Origin: Armatimonadota bacterium
GTDB lineage: Bacteria > Armatimonadota > Hebobacteria > CAIYQO01
Assembly (NCBI GenBank): GCA_038248345.1
Contig: JBBRXO010000003.1
Location: forward strand, 9,361-73,360
DNA: 64,000 nt
Direction of reading: 5' to 3'
Shown here: positions 31,801-41,119 of the stretch, one piece after another
How positions within the stretch are numbered: position 1 is the stretch's first letter
Layout: each line of letters starts with the position of its first letter
Made by a program: the position numbers and the translations under genes
Notes under the pieces: generated by a model
Seen by the model: only the letters and a program-made list of their open reading frames with translations
What the model was told of the DNA's origin: nothing
The model's database searches: none

Positions 31801-33852
31801 TTCTCTCCCGATGGGAAATTGCTGCGCACGATTGCTTCCCCCGGCGGGCGTATGCTAGGCGCTTATGATAAGACGCATATTGAGAATCCACAAGGTATAG
31901 CTATAGATCCGCGCGGGAAATTGTGGGTTACAGAGAGTGATCATCAACCCAAACGAACTTCGTTGTGGAGTGCAGACGGTAAGTTCCTGAACGAGTTTAT
32001 CGGACCCGCACAGTATGGCGCGGGTGGATTCCTGGATCCACAGGATAAATCGCGCTTCTATTACAATGGAATGGAGTTCGCGATCGACTGGGCTACTGGT
32101 GGTTGGAAGATTAAGAATATCCTTACTCGCAATCAACCAGCATTAAGTGAAGGTAATACCGATCATCCTGTGTACATAGACAACAAACAGTATATGGTAA
32201 ATGATCCTTCAGGGATGGGATCGAAATTACTATTGGTCGGCGAAATCCGCAAAGACCGAGTTGCGCCAATGGTAGTACTGGGGAACGCAGAGATGTGGAA
32301 ACCGTTTAGCGATGTTCCAGCGTTACGCAAACTAGTATCTGGGAAGCCGCTATCAGCTTATAGTTTCATTTGGACTGATGCTAATGGTGACGGGATACCT
32401 CAAGCTGATGAAGTCACGTTAAGCCCGGAAGGGGTGCGCTTGAATTCAACTTACTGGCCGACCATCGTCAACAAAAAGCTGGAGGTGCAAATGGGTAATC
32501 GATTGCTAAAACCGACTGCCTATACCGCTGCCGGAGTACCGATCTATAAACCGTTTGGTGTTAAACCGATACCAGCATTCCCTGTCGAGAATATCTACTC
32601 AACAGCAGTAGACAGTATGGGAAGGGTGCTGATCAACGGACGTCCAGTAACGGCGTACCATGAGGATGGTACCGTCGATTGGACGTATCCGCAGAAATGG
32701 GTTGGGGTTCACGATTCACAAGTGGCGCCACTGCATAAGCCAGGCCAAATGATAGGTGCACTAGGCTTTATCGGGCAGGAAGATGTCCCGGGCATCGGAG
32801 AGACCTTCATGCTGAACGGGAACAAAGGTGAGTGGTATCTGTTCACTGATGATGGATTGCTGGCCGCGACTATCTGGCAGGATTACCGAAACCCAGGGGC
32901 GATATCCTGGAATTTCCCCGAAGCTAAACGCGGCCTGTCGTTGGATGGTTTAACTATTGGGGAAGAGCATTTCGGTGGTGGTTTTGTACGGACGAAGGAT
33001 GGTAAATTCTACCTGATAGCTGGTCACAACCACAACAGTATTGTTGAATTACTGGGACTGGAAAGCATGAAGCGGCAACAAGGATCCATGGCAGTGACCC
33101 CACAAGATATGATTGCGGCGGAACAATGGAATATGCGGCAAGCGATACGCAATGCACAGGTTGAAGCGCCTAAATTCATTCGTGCCAGCACAATAGCGAC
33201 GCCGATAAAACCAGACGGCGATCTGACGGAATGGAAAGATGATTCGTTTAACCCGATCGGTACCCGTGGCACAGCTGCAATATCCTCTGATGCAAAGAAC
33301 CTGTATCTGGCATATCGTGTCGATAGCAATTTGGCACTGCGCAATAACGGCGATGATTGGAAAATGCTTTTCAAAACCGGTGATTCTGTTGATTTACAGA
33401 TCGCGGTGAATCCGAAAGCTAATCCCGTGCGCACAACTCCTGTACCGGGTGACCAACGCTTGCTGATTACGCTTTTCGAAGGCAAGCCAATCGGTGTGCT
33501 CTATCAGCATCGTGTCCTGAATACACCGCAGGCGGAAAAGAACCCATTTGCTTCCCCCATTCGTACCGAATATGTCGATAAGATTCTCAAACTAGATGTG
33601 GCAAATATCGGTATCGCCCGCACTGCTAAAGGCTATGCAGTAGAAGCCATTGTGCCGTTGGCATTACTCGGCCTGACTCCGCAAAAAGGTACTACCTATA
33701 AAATCGACTTCGGCATACTCAGTGCTGACAACTCAGGTAACGGCACCCTAGTACGCACTTACTGGGCTAACCAGGCAACGGGCATCGTCAGCGATGTCCC
33801 GAGTGAGATCATGCTTACTCCAGGATTATGGGGTGACATCACTTTCGAATAA
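28852..33852 (+). CDS. Giant secreted protein: duplicated beta-sandwich module, FlgD Ig, NHL propeller, C-terminal CBM9-like domain
   Basis: RBS AGGAG, signal peptide, WDGRDDAGNLLPAG, NHL blades (PRGITFD..IYVAD), WTDANGDG, PDGDLTEW..GYAVEAIVPL. Confidence 0.85.
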   Translation: MQIRQLLLLVTCLSMIIIGLLPASGQQELFRSVLTDANLDLDNTTEFPKNIDGKGGFGNANSRNDGLLGALHVRGVLAPHASWQTGETDQRQRYLRISFKELVPIGTLIGGGGEVSYLKMDAMAPGDVMDDTQWVKVLAPDGQAGLTVTPFPPGVLTRALRFSFNDKLPNGGASRSGFGGLVVLKARLDNLTPEALAFASSQVTGSANVVEQTRVQNLVSGGNWRGAPKQDISPDHPEWVILSWPKAKAFSGIGFVNAFAKRLEVDMLKPEETAHPAVAPETSWVHIAGLNWPIWWRPAYTDAYLPFNDLVTTRALRVRITEPLTKENADIAGSSGGGKRTVSLSGIMTFTDLGVLPTPSRLKVVAELPPIKIPLTMPYNGNLTIAIDDTNGKRVRNLVGDEERKFGPLQEAWDGRDDAGNLLPAGRYTWKAITHQPLHYTYQSTVNNSGNPPWWKSGSWGDQSGPGSWLSDHAAPNDVTVIGDKVFIGAVIAESGHTILACDLDGKKLWGTKWLETAGAGFLTNDGQKVYSVGEGGWIGERLMIHEIDPITFKWRRATQLVFDTGNTPTGGVSGLAARDGKLYIAFNHAPLSWTRSAIATQNIDTVNTTAFGNNLTGMLRTKNDVPSGWAWSTTKSADPVQYLRLAFLTPQPIGSFISPKEMEMSVLKPEAAYPGDLTNDDQWIAMQAGQQQGLRVYTAPESTISRAIRFTFRKPKVDGQPWNADLSGGLLLAHRFQNALAGAKITASSGVVKADGSWSTVQQTPITIENPATLTITWPEARTFRGLGFLNFFAKRAEISMLKKADADPATALETDWTVLGDISPAVRWRPAYSDDYFDAGKDITTRAIRLRVLEPLVSENTDIANDTKGKLMTAGIGGLIVLKALGNDPQTAELPPQRISVVNIANGKWEQNISVPEPRFPHFDADGNLVVVSGKQVVRVSLPDGKITPVIATGLDDPRGITFDAAKNIYVADGKTEQVKVFSPDGKLLRTIASPGGRMLGAYDKTHIENPQGIAIDPRGKLWVTESDHQPKRTSLWSADGKFLNEFIGPAQYGAGGFLDPQDKSRFYYNGMEFAIDWATGGWKIKNILTRNQPALSEGNTDHPVYIDNKQYMVNDPSGMGSKLLLVGEIRKDRVAPMVVLGNAEMWKPFSDVPALRKLVSGKPLSAYSFIWTDANGDGIPQADEVTLSPEGVRLNSTYWPTIVNKKLEVQMGNRLLKPTAYTAAGVPIYKPFGVKPIPAFPVENIYSTAVDSMGRVLINGRPVTAYHEDGTVDWTYPQKWVGVHDSQVAPLHKPGQMIGALGFIGQEDVPGIGETFMLNGNKGEWYLFTDDGLLAATIWQDYRNPGAISWNFPEAKRGLSLDGLTIGEEHFGGGFVRTKDGKFYLIAGHNHNSIVELLGLESMKRQQGSMAVTPQDMIAAEQWNMRQAIRNAQVEAPKFIRASTIATPIKPDGDLTEWKDDSFNPIGTRGTAAISSDAKNLYLAYRVDSNLALRNNGDDWKMLFKTGDSVDLQIAVNPKANPVRTTPVPGDQRLLITLFEGKPIGVLYQHRVLNTPQAEKNPFASPIRTEYVDKILKLDVANIGIARTAKGYAVEAIVPLALLGLTPQKGTTYKIDFGILSADNSGNGTLVRTYWANQATGIVSDVPSEIMLTPGLWGDITFE

Positions 33853-33864
33853 AGAAAGACCAGA

Positions 33865-33894
33865 CCCCCCCCGTCAAAATACATCGACGGGGGG
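33865..33894 (+). terminator. GC hairpin after the giant protein gene
   Basis: CCCCCCGTC-loop-GACGGGGGG; no clear U tract. Confidence 0.5.
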
Positions 33895-33951
33895 AGTACC
33901 TGGATGAATAGAAACCGCTGGAGGCAACTCCGGCAGTAGTGAACAACGATT

Positions 33952-34872
33952 TTGATAGAGCAACAATTGATCGAAGGTAGTGTTTTTGATATTCAAAGGT
34001 TCTCGCTTCATGATGGTCCGGGGATTCGCACTACTGTTTTTCTCAAAGGATGTCCGCTACGCTGCAATTGGTGTCACAATCCAGAAGGGTGGGAGCGTGC
34101 ACCGCAACTACGATTGGCAGTAAATAGCTGCACACGCTGTGGGCGCTGTACCGAGATGTGCCTCCATGACGCCCATCTGGTGACATCGGCAGAGCATCGC
34201 TTTTACCCGGATCGCTGCATAAGATGTGGTCGCTGTATTGATGCTTGTCCAGTACTGGCATTAGAGTGGGTGGGCAAGCAGATGGATGTGGAAGCTGTTA
34301 TGGCAGTCGTACGCCGCGACCAGCCGTTCTATCAAACATCAGGCGGAGGTATGACACTTTCCGGGGGCGAGCCCTTGGTACAACCACACTTCGCATTGGC
34401 GCTTTTACAATCGGCACGTACCGAGGGCATCTCAACCGCTATCGAAACCACGGCTCGCGCATCATGGGATATTCTTACATCGATTCAGCCTTATGTCGAC
34501 CTTTTCCTCGTCGATCTTAAACATACAGACCTGGTGCGGCATCGCGAACTTACTGGCATAGATAATGTGTTGATCCTCGATAATATCACCCATATGATCG
34601 AGGAAGGTTGGCCGGTTATCCTACGTATCCCCTGGGTTCCTTCGCAGAATGCTGAACAGGGATTCCTTGACGGTCTCATCACCTTTCTATCAGCTTTTGC
34701 GACACTACCAAAAGTAATTTTTTTGCTCTATCATCGCCTTGACCGAAGCAAATGGCAGGGGCTGGGCGGCGACTCACCTATGCCTGATGTCGCCGCCGCT
34801 CTGGAAGAGGAGGTAGCGCCCTGGATCAGCCGCCTGGCAGAGATCGGCGTTGACGCTACCGTATCGAAGTAG
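33952..34872 (+). CDS. Glycyl-radical enzyme activating protein (radical SAM with ferredoxin insert)
   Basis: HDGPGIRTTVFLKGCPLRCNWCHNPE, CTRCGRC and CIRCGRCIDACP, SGGEP. Confidence 0.9.
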   Translation: MIEQQLIEGSVFDIQRFSLHDGPGIRTTVFLKGCPLRCNWCHNPEGWERAPQLRLAVNSCTRCGRCTEMCLHDAHLVTSAEHRFYPDRCIRCGRCIDACPVLALEWVGKQMDVEAVMAVVRRDQPFYQTSGGGMTLSGGEPLVQPHFALALLQSARTEGISTAIETTARASWDILTSIQPYVDLFLVDLKHTDLVRHRELTGIDNVLILDNITHMIEEGWPVILRIPWVPSQNAEQGFLDGLITFLSAFATLPKVIFLLYHRLDRSKWQGLGGDSPMPDVAAALEEEVAPWISRLAEIGVDATVSK

Positions 34873-34874
34873 AT

Positions 34875-35903
34875 TTACAGATATACTACCTGTCCAGTTT
34901 GTTCTGCTACTGACATGGCCTGCATTACTGTAATAGCAGCCACAATTTGTGCTGGTGTTGTGATATCTTCGCTGACTTCACCACGTACCCGTTGGGCGAA
35001 AAACTCCCAGTCGTATTCTCCGGCACGATAATGGATAATCTCTTCAGTCACTCCGTCATCTGTGGAGAGGGTGATGTGGCTTACTGGATGATCATCTTGT
35101 GATTTAGGGCCGGTATGATAATAGATTACGCCTTTTGTTCCTCCGATGGTCAAGGCGTTCTTATACATATCCGGACCTCCTACAACAAACGACGCCATAA
35201 TATTGATAATTCCACCGTCAGCAAAGCCTATCGTCACGCTAGCATTGTCTGGAGTTGGGCGGTGCGTTTCAATGCGTGCATGGGTTACCTGTACAGATTT
35301 GGGGGTATCAAAGATGGTCAACAATCCATTCAAAGGGTAAATACCGAGACGAAATATCGGGGCGACCGGGCACCGGGCTGGGTCATCGTACCATGTGCCA
35401 TCGGCGGGTGTCGGCCCATAGTATGCCCATACATTACTCTGCGCCAGCACCGGACGCCCGATAGCTCCGCTATCTATCCAGCGCTTAATAATTGCCATCT
35501 CACCAAATGGACGCATATTGGGCGAATTGAGATGCACCACCCGCCCAAGTGATTTTGCTTCCTCAAGCACAGCCAGCCCCGCTTGTGGATCAATTTCAAA
35601 CGGTTTCGTCGTCATTACATCTTTACCGGCATTAATGATTTGTCGGATAAGTCCGGCGCGCCCACTAGGGCCGGTATATAACCCGATGGCATCAATTGCT
35701 GGATCGGTAAGCATGTCGTCCAGACTATTCGCCACTATTAGGCCGTAATCTGCCGCACATTTTTCCGCTTTCTCGCGATCCAGATCACAGACATGCGTTA
35801 ATTTCACCGGCAAATCCTTGTCGGCCATGAGCATATCGACAACATGATGGCCGAAATTAAGCCCCACAAGTCCTAATCGGATCGGATTATCGTTAGATTT
35901 CAT
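34875..35903 (-). CDS. Gfo/Idh/MocA family oxidoreductase
   Basis: IRLGLVGLNFG Rossmann motif, AGKDVMTTKP. Confidence 0.85.
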   Translation of the reverse strand: MKSNDNPIRLGLVGLNFGHHVVDMLMADKDLPVKLTHVCDLDREKAEKCAADYGLIVANSLDDMLTDPAIDAIGLYTGPSGRAGLIRQIINAGKDVMTTKPFEIDPQAGLAVLEEAKSLGRVVHLNSPNMRPFGEMAIIKRWIDSGAIGRPVLAQSNVWAYYGPTPADGTWYDDPARCPVAPIFRLGIYPLNGLLTIFDTPKSVQVTHARIETHRPTPDNASVTIGFADGGIINIMASFVVGGPDMYKNALTIGGTKGVIYYHTGPKSQDDHPVSHITLSTDDGVTEEIIHYRAGEYDWEFFAQRVRGEVSEDITTPAQIVAAITVMQAMSVAEQTGQVVYL

Positions 35904-36101
35904 AGTAAACTCCTTCGAGGTTATTAGCCAGTAAAGATATTTCGCCGTCGTAACTTGTATACCTGCTAGATATCAACTGTCAGTACAAATAAGGAATAAC
36001 CGTGATTTCATCCAGTAGCAACGTATGTCGACATTGCGGTATAAACTATTATGGTATAGTTGAGCCAGGAAGAATGTGAAGATATGAGGTGAATTACACT
36101 A

Positions 36102-36370
36102 ATGCAAATCAAACACAAATATCGCACTGTATGTTCCATGCTACTAGTTATGGTGTGCGCAATCGCAGGTAGGGTGCAGGATGTGGATTGGCGAATACAT
36201 GACGCCGGGTGCAATCGCTGATTGTAAATGCTTCTTTCGCTGATGCACGTGTGGGTTGGGCCACTGGTCTTTGCAATATCATTTCCACCAGTGACGGCGG
36301 GCAGACGTTGAGTACACAGTGGTCGAAGGGCGGGCTTACTGACGACCATGGGAGGTGTGGGAATGAGTAG
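36102..36370 (+). pseudogene. Remnant of a secreted YCF48/BNR-repeat protein
   Basis: RBS GAGGTG; signal-like MQIKHKYRTVCSMLLVMVCAIAG ending at TGA; another frame then reads SFADARVGWATGLCNIISTSDGGQTLSTQW (BNR/Asp-box blade). Confidence 0.65.
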
Positions 36371-36400
36371 AGTTTGACTATATGGATGATGACCACGTTA

Positions 36401-37501
36401 TCATCCATATATATCTACCGCTCGTTGTTTGAACTCCTGATAACAGTTTCCGCCATCACCTGGGAATCCGGCATGTTGCACGAGGAATATGGTTATTAGC
36501 CCAAGTTTTTTATTGACTTCCATATTTGTCGAGACCGCGCCACTATGACCAAAGGTGTTCTCACCGATGTCCCAGCCATATCCGTAGCTTTCCTGCCATG
36601 TTGGGTCGGTATGGCGGGTGGTCATTTTGGTAACGGCTGCTTCTGAAAGATAGCGGTTCCCGGCATATATCCCACCATTTAATATCATCTGGCAGAAGAC
36701 AGCGCAGTCGCTGGCTGTGGAGAAAAGACCACCGCCCGGCATCGCAAAACGGCTTCGATCATTAAAGGGGTAGCGCAACTGAACAAGCAGATGTTCTTCA
36801 ATGCCTTTTCCATCAGTGGTGGGACGATAGCATTTCGCTAGTCGTCCTATCTGTTCGTCACTGGGCCAGAAAGTTGTGTCCTTCATTCCAAGTGGGTGAA
36901 AGATGCGCTCATCCAGGAAGGTCTCATAGGGGATACCACAGACCACTTCCACAATGCGTGCCGCAGTATTAATGCCCGCATTCGAGTATTGGTATTTGCT
37001 ACCAGGAGCAGATTGTAATGGGGTAGCCGCATAGCTGCGCACGGTAACGTGCAACGGCAGCATATCCCGCGTCGGACCTTCTATTGACGTGCTGAAGGGT
37101 AGTCCGCTGGTGTGGGCCAGTAGGTGGTGAACCGCGATGGCAGGGGAGGGTCGAACAAGCAGCTGATGCTTATTGTCCTGCTCGGCGACCTGCCACGCAT
37201 CATTGTACTCCGGCAGGTACTCCGCGACCGGAGCTTCTACATCTACTTTACCTTCATCGACTAGCATCATCAACGCAGTAGCTGCTATTGGTTTCGACTG
37301 TGAGGCGATCCAAAACAACGAATCGGACTGCATGGGAGCCTGCGCTTTGACATCTGCATATCCAACAACTTCCAGGTCAAGCACGGTGTCAATATCAGCC
37401 ACCAGTAGTACTGCCCCGGCTAATTCGTGTCGATCTACGTAAGGCTGCATGAGAGCTGCCAACATGTTGTCGGATCCAGTTGAATGAGGACTATAAGCCA
37501 T
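36401..37501 (-). CDS. Serine hydrolase, beta-lactamase/esterase family VIII
   Basis: ASQSK (SxxK), LLAHTSG, YQYSN, GGGLFST, FGHSG. Confidence 0.9.
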   Translation of the reverse strand: MAYSPHSTGSDNMLAALMQPYVDRHELAGAVLLVADIDTVLDLEVVGYADVKAQAPMQSDSLFWIASQSKPIAATALMMLVDEGKVDVEAPVAEYLPEYNDAWQVAEQDNKHQLLVRPSPAIAVHHLLAHTSGLPFSTSIEGPTRDMLPLHVTVRSYAATPLQSAPGSKYQYSNAGINTAARIVEVVCGIPYETFLDERIFHPLGMKDTTFWPSDEQIGRLAKCYRPTTDGKGIEEHLLVQLRYPFNDRSRFAMPGGGLFSTASDCAVFCQMILNGGIYAGNRYLSEAAVTKMTTRHTDPTWQESYGYGWDIGENTFGHSGAVSTNMEVNKKLGLITIFLVQHAGFPGDGGNCYQEFKQRAVDIYG

Positions 37502-37536
37502 AGAATTATCTCTGCTGTGGGATTCGTCTAAATACT

Positions 37537-37571
37537 ATTATCTGCAGGGATAAATAATCCCTGCAGATAAT
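37537..37571. terminator. Perfect 15-bp hairpin downstream of the SGNH gene
   Basis: ATTATCTGCAGGGAT-AAATA-ATCCCTGCAGATAAT. Confidence 0.65.
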
Positions 37572-37610
37572 CAATGTCTTTGTTTATAGTTGCTGCTCTC
37601 GTCGTAACAG

Positions 37611-39041
37611 CTATTTGGTAAGTTGGCTGAAAGCATCTGCCGGTATCTTCTGGTTTACAACGTTTGGCCCGCTGTAATAAACGTCCAACGCGTATCCGCC
37701 ACCCCCCTGGTGGAATACTACTGATATTGGATGTTTCCCCGCTTTCAAAGCGATAGTGCCTTGTTGCACTACTGGCCCGTGCATACCTTCATTATTCACC
37801 ACCAGCTTTTCTCCAATGAAAAGTTTGCTTCCGTCATCAGAGTTCGTGCTGAAGGTATACATTCCATTAGTAGCTACCTCGATATACCCAGAATATTTCA
37901 CGGCGAAATTCACTTCGCGTTTGCGCATAGCCAGATCGATAGTTTTAGTTGTACCACTGGCGGTTGCGGTCAACGCGGGGAAGTCAGGAAGCCCTTGCCA
38001 GTCCCCTTCATAATAATCGTAGTTAAGACCGGGAGTAGTAGTAACTATCACTGGCTCACGTGGGATTTCTTTGGTGAATGTAACCGTGATGACACGACTG
38101 TCAGGTTGTCCGTCCATGGCGGCGTAAGCTTTGACGGTGGTAGTAGCATCAATAGTTACCGGTTTGGTGTAAAGCGCTGATTTTGTATTTGGTTCCGTGC
38201 CATCGAGCGTATAGTAGATATTGGCGCCTTTGGCGCCATTTTGCATACGGACGTTGATGATGAGCGTTGTTGCGTCTAGGAAACTTCCGCCCTTGATGCC
38301 TACAGAGAGCGGAGCGCTTTTCATCGCAATCAGTAAACTTTTTGCCGCTTCTTGCGCTACCAGCGCATTGCCTTCGCCACTGAGGTGTACGCCGTCGGCA
38401 GTTAACGCCGGATGCTTTTCGCCACCGGCAGTAATTGTATCAGCAAAGGCGAGCCGAAGATCGCAGAGCTCCACATTCATATCATTGGCAACTTTGCGAC
38501 TGATATCAGCATACTGATCCAATTGCTTGTCGTTTGGGTTTGTTCCCATCGGTTTTTCGCCGATGACCGTTGGTGTGGCCAATACGACTTGGATTCCCTG
38601 TGCTTGGAATTTGGTGATAAGATCGCGTAAGCCAGCTTCAAATGCATCAGGCTTGGTACCATTTGCGCCGTGCCATACATCATTGATGCCGATATAGATG
38701 AAGACCACGGTCGGATCCTTTGACAGCACATCACGATCAATACGTGCCTGCAAATCAGGAACCTTATGACCGGAGATACCTGCATTAATAACTGTTACTG
38801 CAGGATGACCAGCGGCCAGAAAAGCTCCGCGGAGTAAACCTAGATATCCATTGGGGCCATCACCACCTGCTGTAATGGAGTCGCCAAAGCAAACAATTCG
38901 ATCACCATCAATAAAAGGGGTGCCGGGCTGGGTGAGGGCAGCCAACGGGGCCGGAAGTACAGCTTGTGCCTGGGCTACCACGGTGATAAAGCCGAGGGCA
39001 AGGGCACAGCAGAACAGAGGGAACCATGATTTTAGTCGCAT
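37611..39041 (-). CDS. Secreted SGNH/GDSL esterase with Fn3-associated and PA14 domains
   Basis: Signal peptide; FGDSIT, NAGISG, GIND, DGVH; YYTLDGTEP; SDDGSKL. Confidence 0.9.
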   Translation of the reverse strand: MRLKSWFPLFCCALALGFITVVAQAQAVLPAPLAALTQPGTPFIDGDRIVCFGDSITAGGDGPNGYLGLLRGAFLAAGHPAVTVINAGISGHKVPDLQARIDRDVLSKDPTVVFIYIGINDVWHGANGTKPDAFEAGLRDLITKFQAQGIQVVLATPTVIGEKPMGTNPNDKQLDQYADISRKVANDMNVELCDLRLAFADTITAGGEKHPALTADGVHLSGEGNALVAQEAAKSLLIAMKSAPLSVGIKGGSFLDATTLIINVRMQNGAKGANIYYTLDGTEPNTKSALYTKPVTIDATTTVKAYAAMDGQPDSRVITVTFTKEIPREPVIVTTTPGLNYDYYEGDWQGLPDFPALTATASGTTKTIDLAMRKREVNFAVKYSGYIEVATNGMYTFSTNSDDGSKLFIGEKLVVNNEGMHGPVVQQGTIALKAGKHPISVVFHQGGGGYALDVYYSGPNVVNQKIPADAFSQLTK

Positions 39042-39236
39042 ACGAACTCCTTATTTTTTGTTAGATACAGCATTAGACACCGGATCTGCGATACATTACT
39101 GGCATATTGTCGCATTATTCAAAAGTATATGCAATATTTACGATTTGCTCTATAAGCCAGAATTTGTCTGTTTACATTGAAGATTGCTCTATGGTACCAT
39201 GAAATACATTCGATACTTGTACAGAAAGGAGAAATT

Positions 39237-39884
39237 ATGAAGCAGTTATTTTTGCCACGCGTGACGGATTTTACCGTAACCGGCGATGGGTCAAATCCGG
39301 CATGGGACTCCACAGCCTGGGAGACGATAACTCGTGTTGGTGGAGAAAGAGCTTACGCTACCCGCGCCAAGTCGGTCTACTCTACCACCGGGATATACTT
39401 TCTGGTAGATTGTGAAGATTTACAACTCACCTGCTCATTGACAGAGGATTTTGCTGACCTGTACGTTGAAGACGTAGTGGAGGTGTTCCTCTGGCCAGAT
39501 GAGAAAACCCCCAACTATTTTGAGTATGAGATATCACCGCTTAATGTGGAGTTGCCTATTATCGTTACAAATAATGAGGGCGTTTTCCATGGCTGGTTAC
39601 CCTGGCATTTTACCGGTGAGCGCAAAACTCGCAAAGCAGCAACTGTCACTGGCGGTGAGCAGGCATCAATGGCCTCCGTCACGGGGTGGTGTGTTGAGTT
39701 CTTTATCCCCTTCGCGCTACTCACCGGATTAGGCAATGTACCCCCGACACCTGGCATGACTTGGCGTGGTAACATCTATCGTATTGACTACGACGCCAGC
39801 CCAACACACTGGGCTTGGGACCCGGACACAAAAACGAATTTCCATGACTACGAGCACTTTGGTGAACTGGTCTTTGGCGAATAG
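39237..39884 (+). CDS. Carbohydrate-binding family 9-like protein
   Basis: DVVEVFL..YFEYEISP, GWCVEFFIPF, WRGNIYRID, TNFH; RBS AAAGGAG. Confidence 0.8.
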   Translation: MKQLFLPRVTDFTVTGDGSNPAWDSTAWETITRVGGERAYATRAKSVYSTTGIYFLVDCEDLQLTCSLTEDFADLYVEDVVEVFLWPDEKTPNYFEYEISPLNVELPIIVTNNEGVFHGWLPWHFTGERKTRKAATVTGGEQASMASVTGWCVEFFIPFALLTGLGNVPPTPGMTWRGNIYRIDYDASPTHWAWDPDTKTNFHDYEHFGELVFGE

Positions 39885-39899
39885 GCGAGAGGTATAGTA

Positions 39900-41075
39900 A
39901 TGACTAAACGTGAACGTTTTTTAGCAGCTATGACAAACAAGGTGCCTGATAGAGTACCGGTGGCGCCTGATTTCTCCAATTATATCCCGGCCCGTCGTAC
40001 CGGGCTACCATTCTGGGATATCTATTTTAATGGTACCATCCCACTCTGGCAGGCGTACCTGGATACAGCCGATTATTTCGGAGCGGAAGCCTGGATCGCG
40101 TCGTGTTTCGGGGTGCCATTATTAATGGAGCCGACTGCAACGGAGTATCACCATGAAGATATTTTCGATGCGAGTAATGACGCCATGATACGCAGGTGGA
40201 CCATGCGGACGGCACTGGGAGAACTGGATGGGCGCGATCAATGTTATCGCTACGATCCGCCCTCACCAGTGGTAAAGCCCATTAAAGAGTTGGAACGCGA
40301 CTTCCCGATCTGGAAATCTGCGCAATCATTACCACGTGCGCTAGATATGGCTGTTTGGGACGAAGTACGTGCTGCGTGTGAACAACGAGAGCAAGCATTC
40401 GGTGCTACCATAGGGTATCCTGGCTTTCAGGGATGGATGGGTGTGGTAGAAGATGGCATCATGCAATTGTCAGTAGCAGACATGGAGACACCAGAGCTAC
40501 TTGAAGAGTGGCTGGAATGGGATATGGCCGTGGGTACACGTGCGATGGAGCTTCTTATCGCCGCCAAGCCGGACTATATCCTATTGGGTGGCTCCGGTAC
40601 CATAACCTTATCTTCACCCAGATTAGCCCGCAAGTACGCTTTGCCCGGGTTAAAGAAGTTCTCCCAGATGGCCAAAGAAGCGGGTATCCCCACCATGGTA
40701 CACAGCTGCGGCAAGTCAATGGCGCTAGTAGAGATGCTGGCCGAAGAAACGGATGTAAATTGCCTCAACCCATTGGAGATTCCGCCAATGGGCGATGCCG
40801 ATCTGGCCAAGGTAAAACGTAAGTATGGACAGCAAATAAGCCTGATGGGTAACCTGCATACCACTGAAGTTATACTCCATAGTACTCCCCAACAGGTGCA
40901 ACAAGCAGCAATCCAAGCAATGAAAGATGCCGGGCAGGGTGGGGGATTCATCCTCTCCACTGGCGACCAATGTCCACGTGACACCCCCGATGAAAATATC
41001 TTCGCTTTAGTAGAAGCAGCACATACCTTCGGTGTTTATAATCAAGCCACAGGAACGTTGACGGAGTTATCGTAA
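39900..41075 (+). CDS. Uroporphyrinogen decarboxylase / MtaA-CmuA methyltransferase superfamily protein
   Basis: MTKRERFLAAM..PDRVPV, HSCG, GNL, GGGFILSTGDQC..TPDEN. Confidence 0.85.
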   Translation: MTKRERFLAAMTNKVPDRVPVAPDFSNYIPARRTGLPFWDIYFNGTIPLWQAYLDTADYFGAEAWIASCFGVPLLMEPTATEYHHEDIFDASNDAMIRRWTMRTALGELDGRDQCYRYDPPSPVVKPIKELERDFPIWKSAQSLPRALDMAVWDEVRAACEQREQAFGATIGYPGFQGWMGVVEDGIMQLSVADMETPELLEEWLEWDMAVGTRAMELLIAAKPDYILLGGSGTITLSSPRLARKYALPGLKKFSQMAKEAGIPTMVHSCGKSMALVEMLAEETDVNCLNPLEIPPMGDADLAKVKRKYGQQISLMGNLHTTEVILHSTPQQVQQAAIQAMKDAGQGGGFILSTGDQCPRDTPDENIFALVEAAHTFGVYNQATGTLTELS

Positions 41076-41119
41076 AGTTGAAGTAAGGTTGAGCAATAGC
41101 AGGACTGGCGATGAACCTG

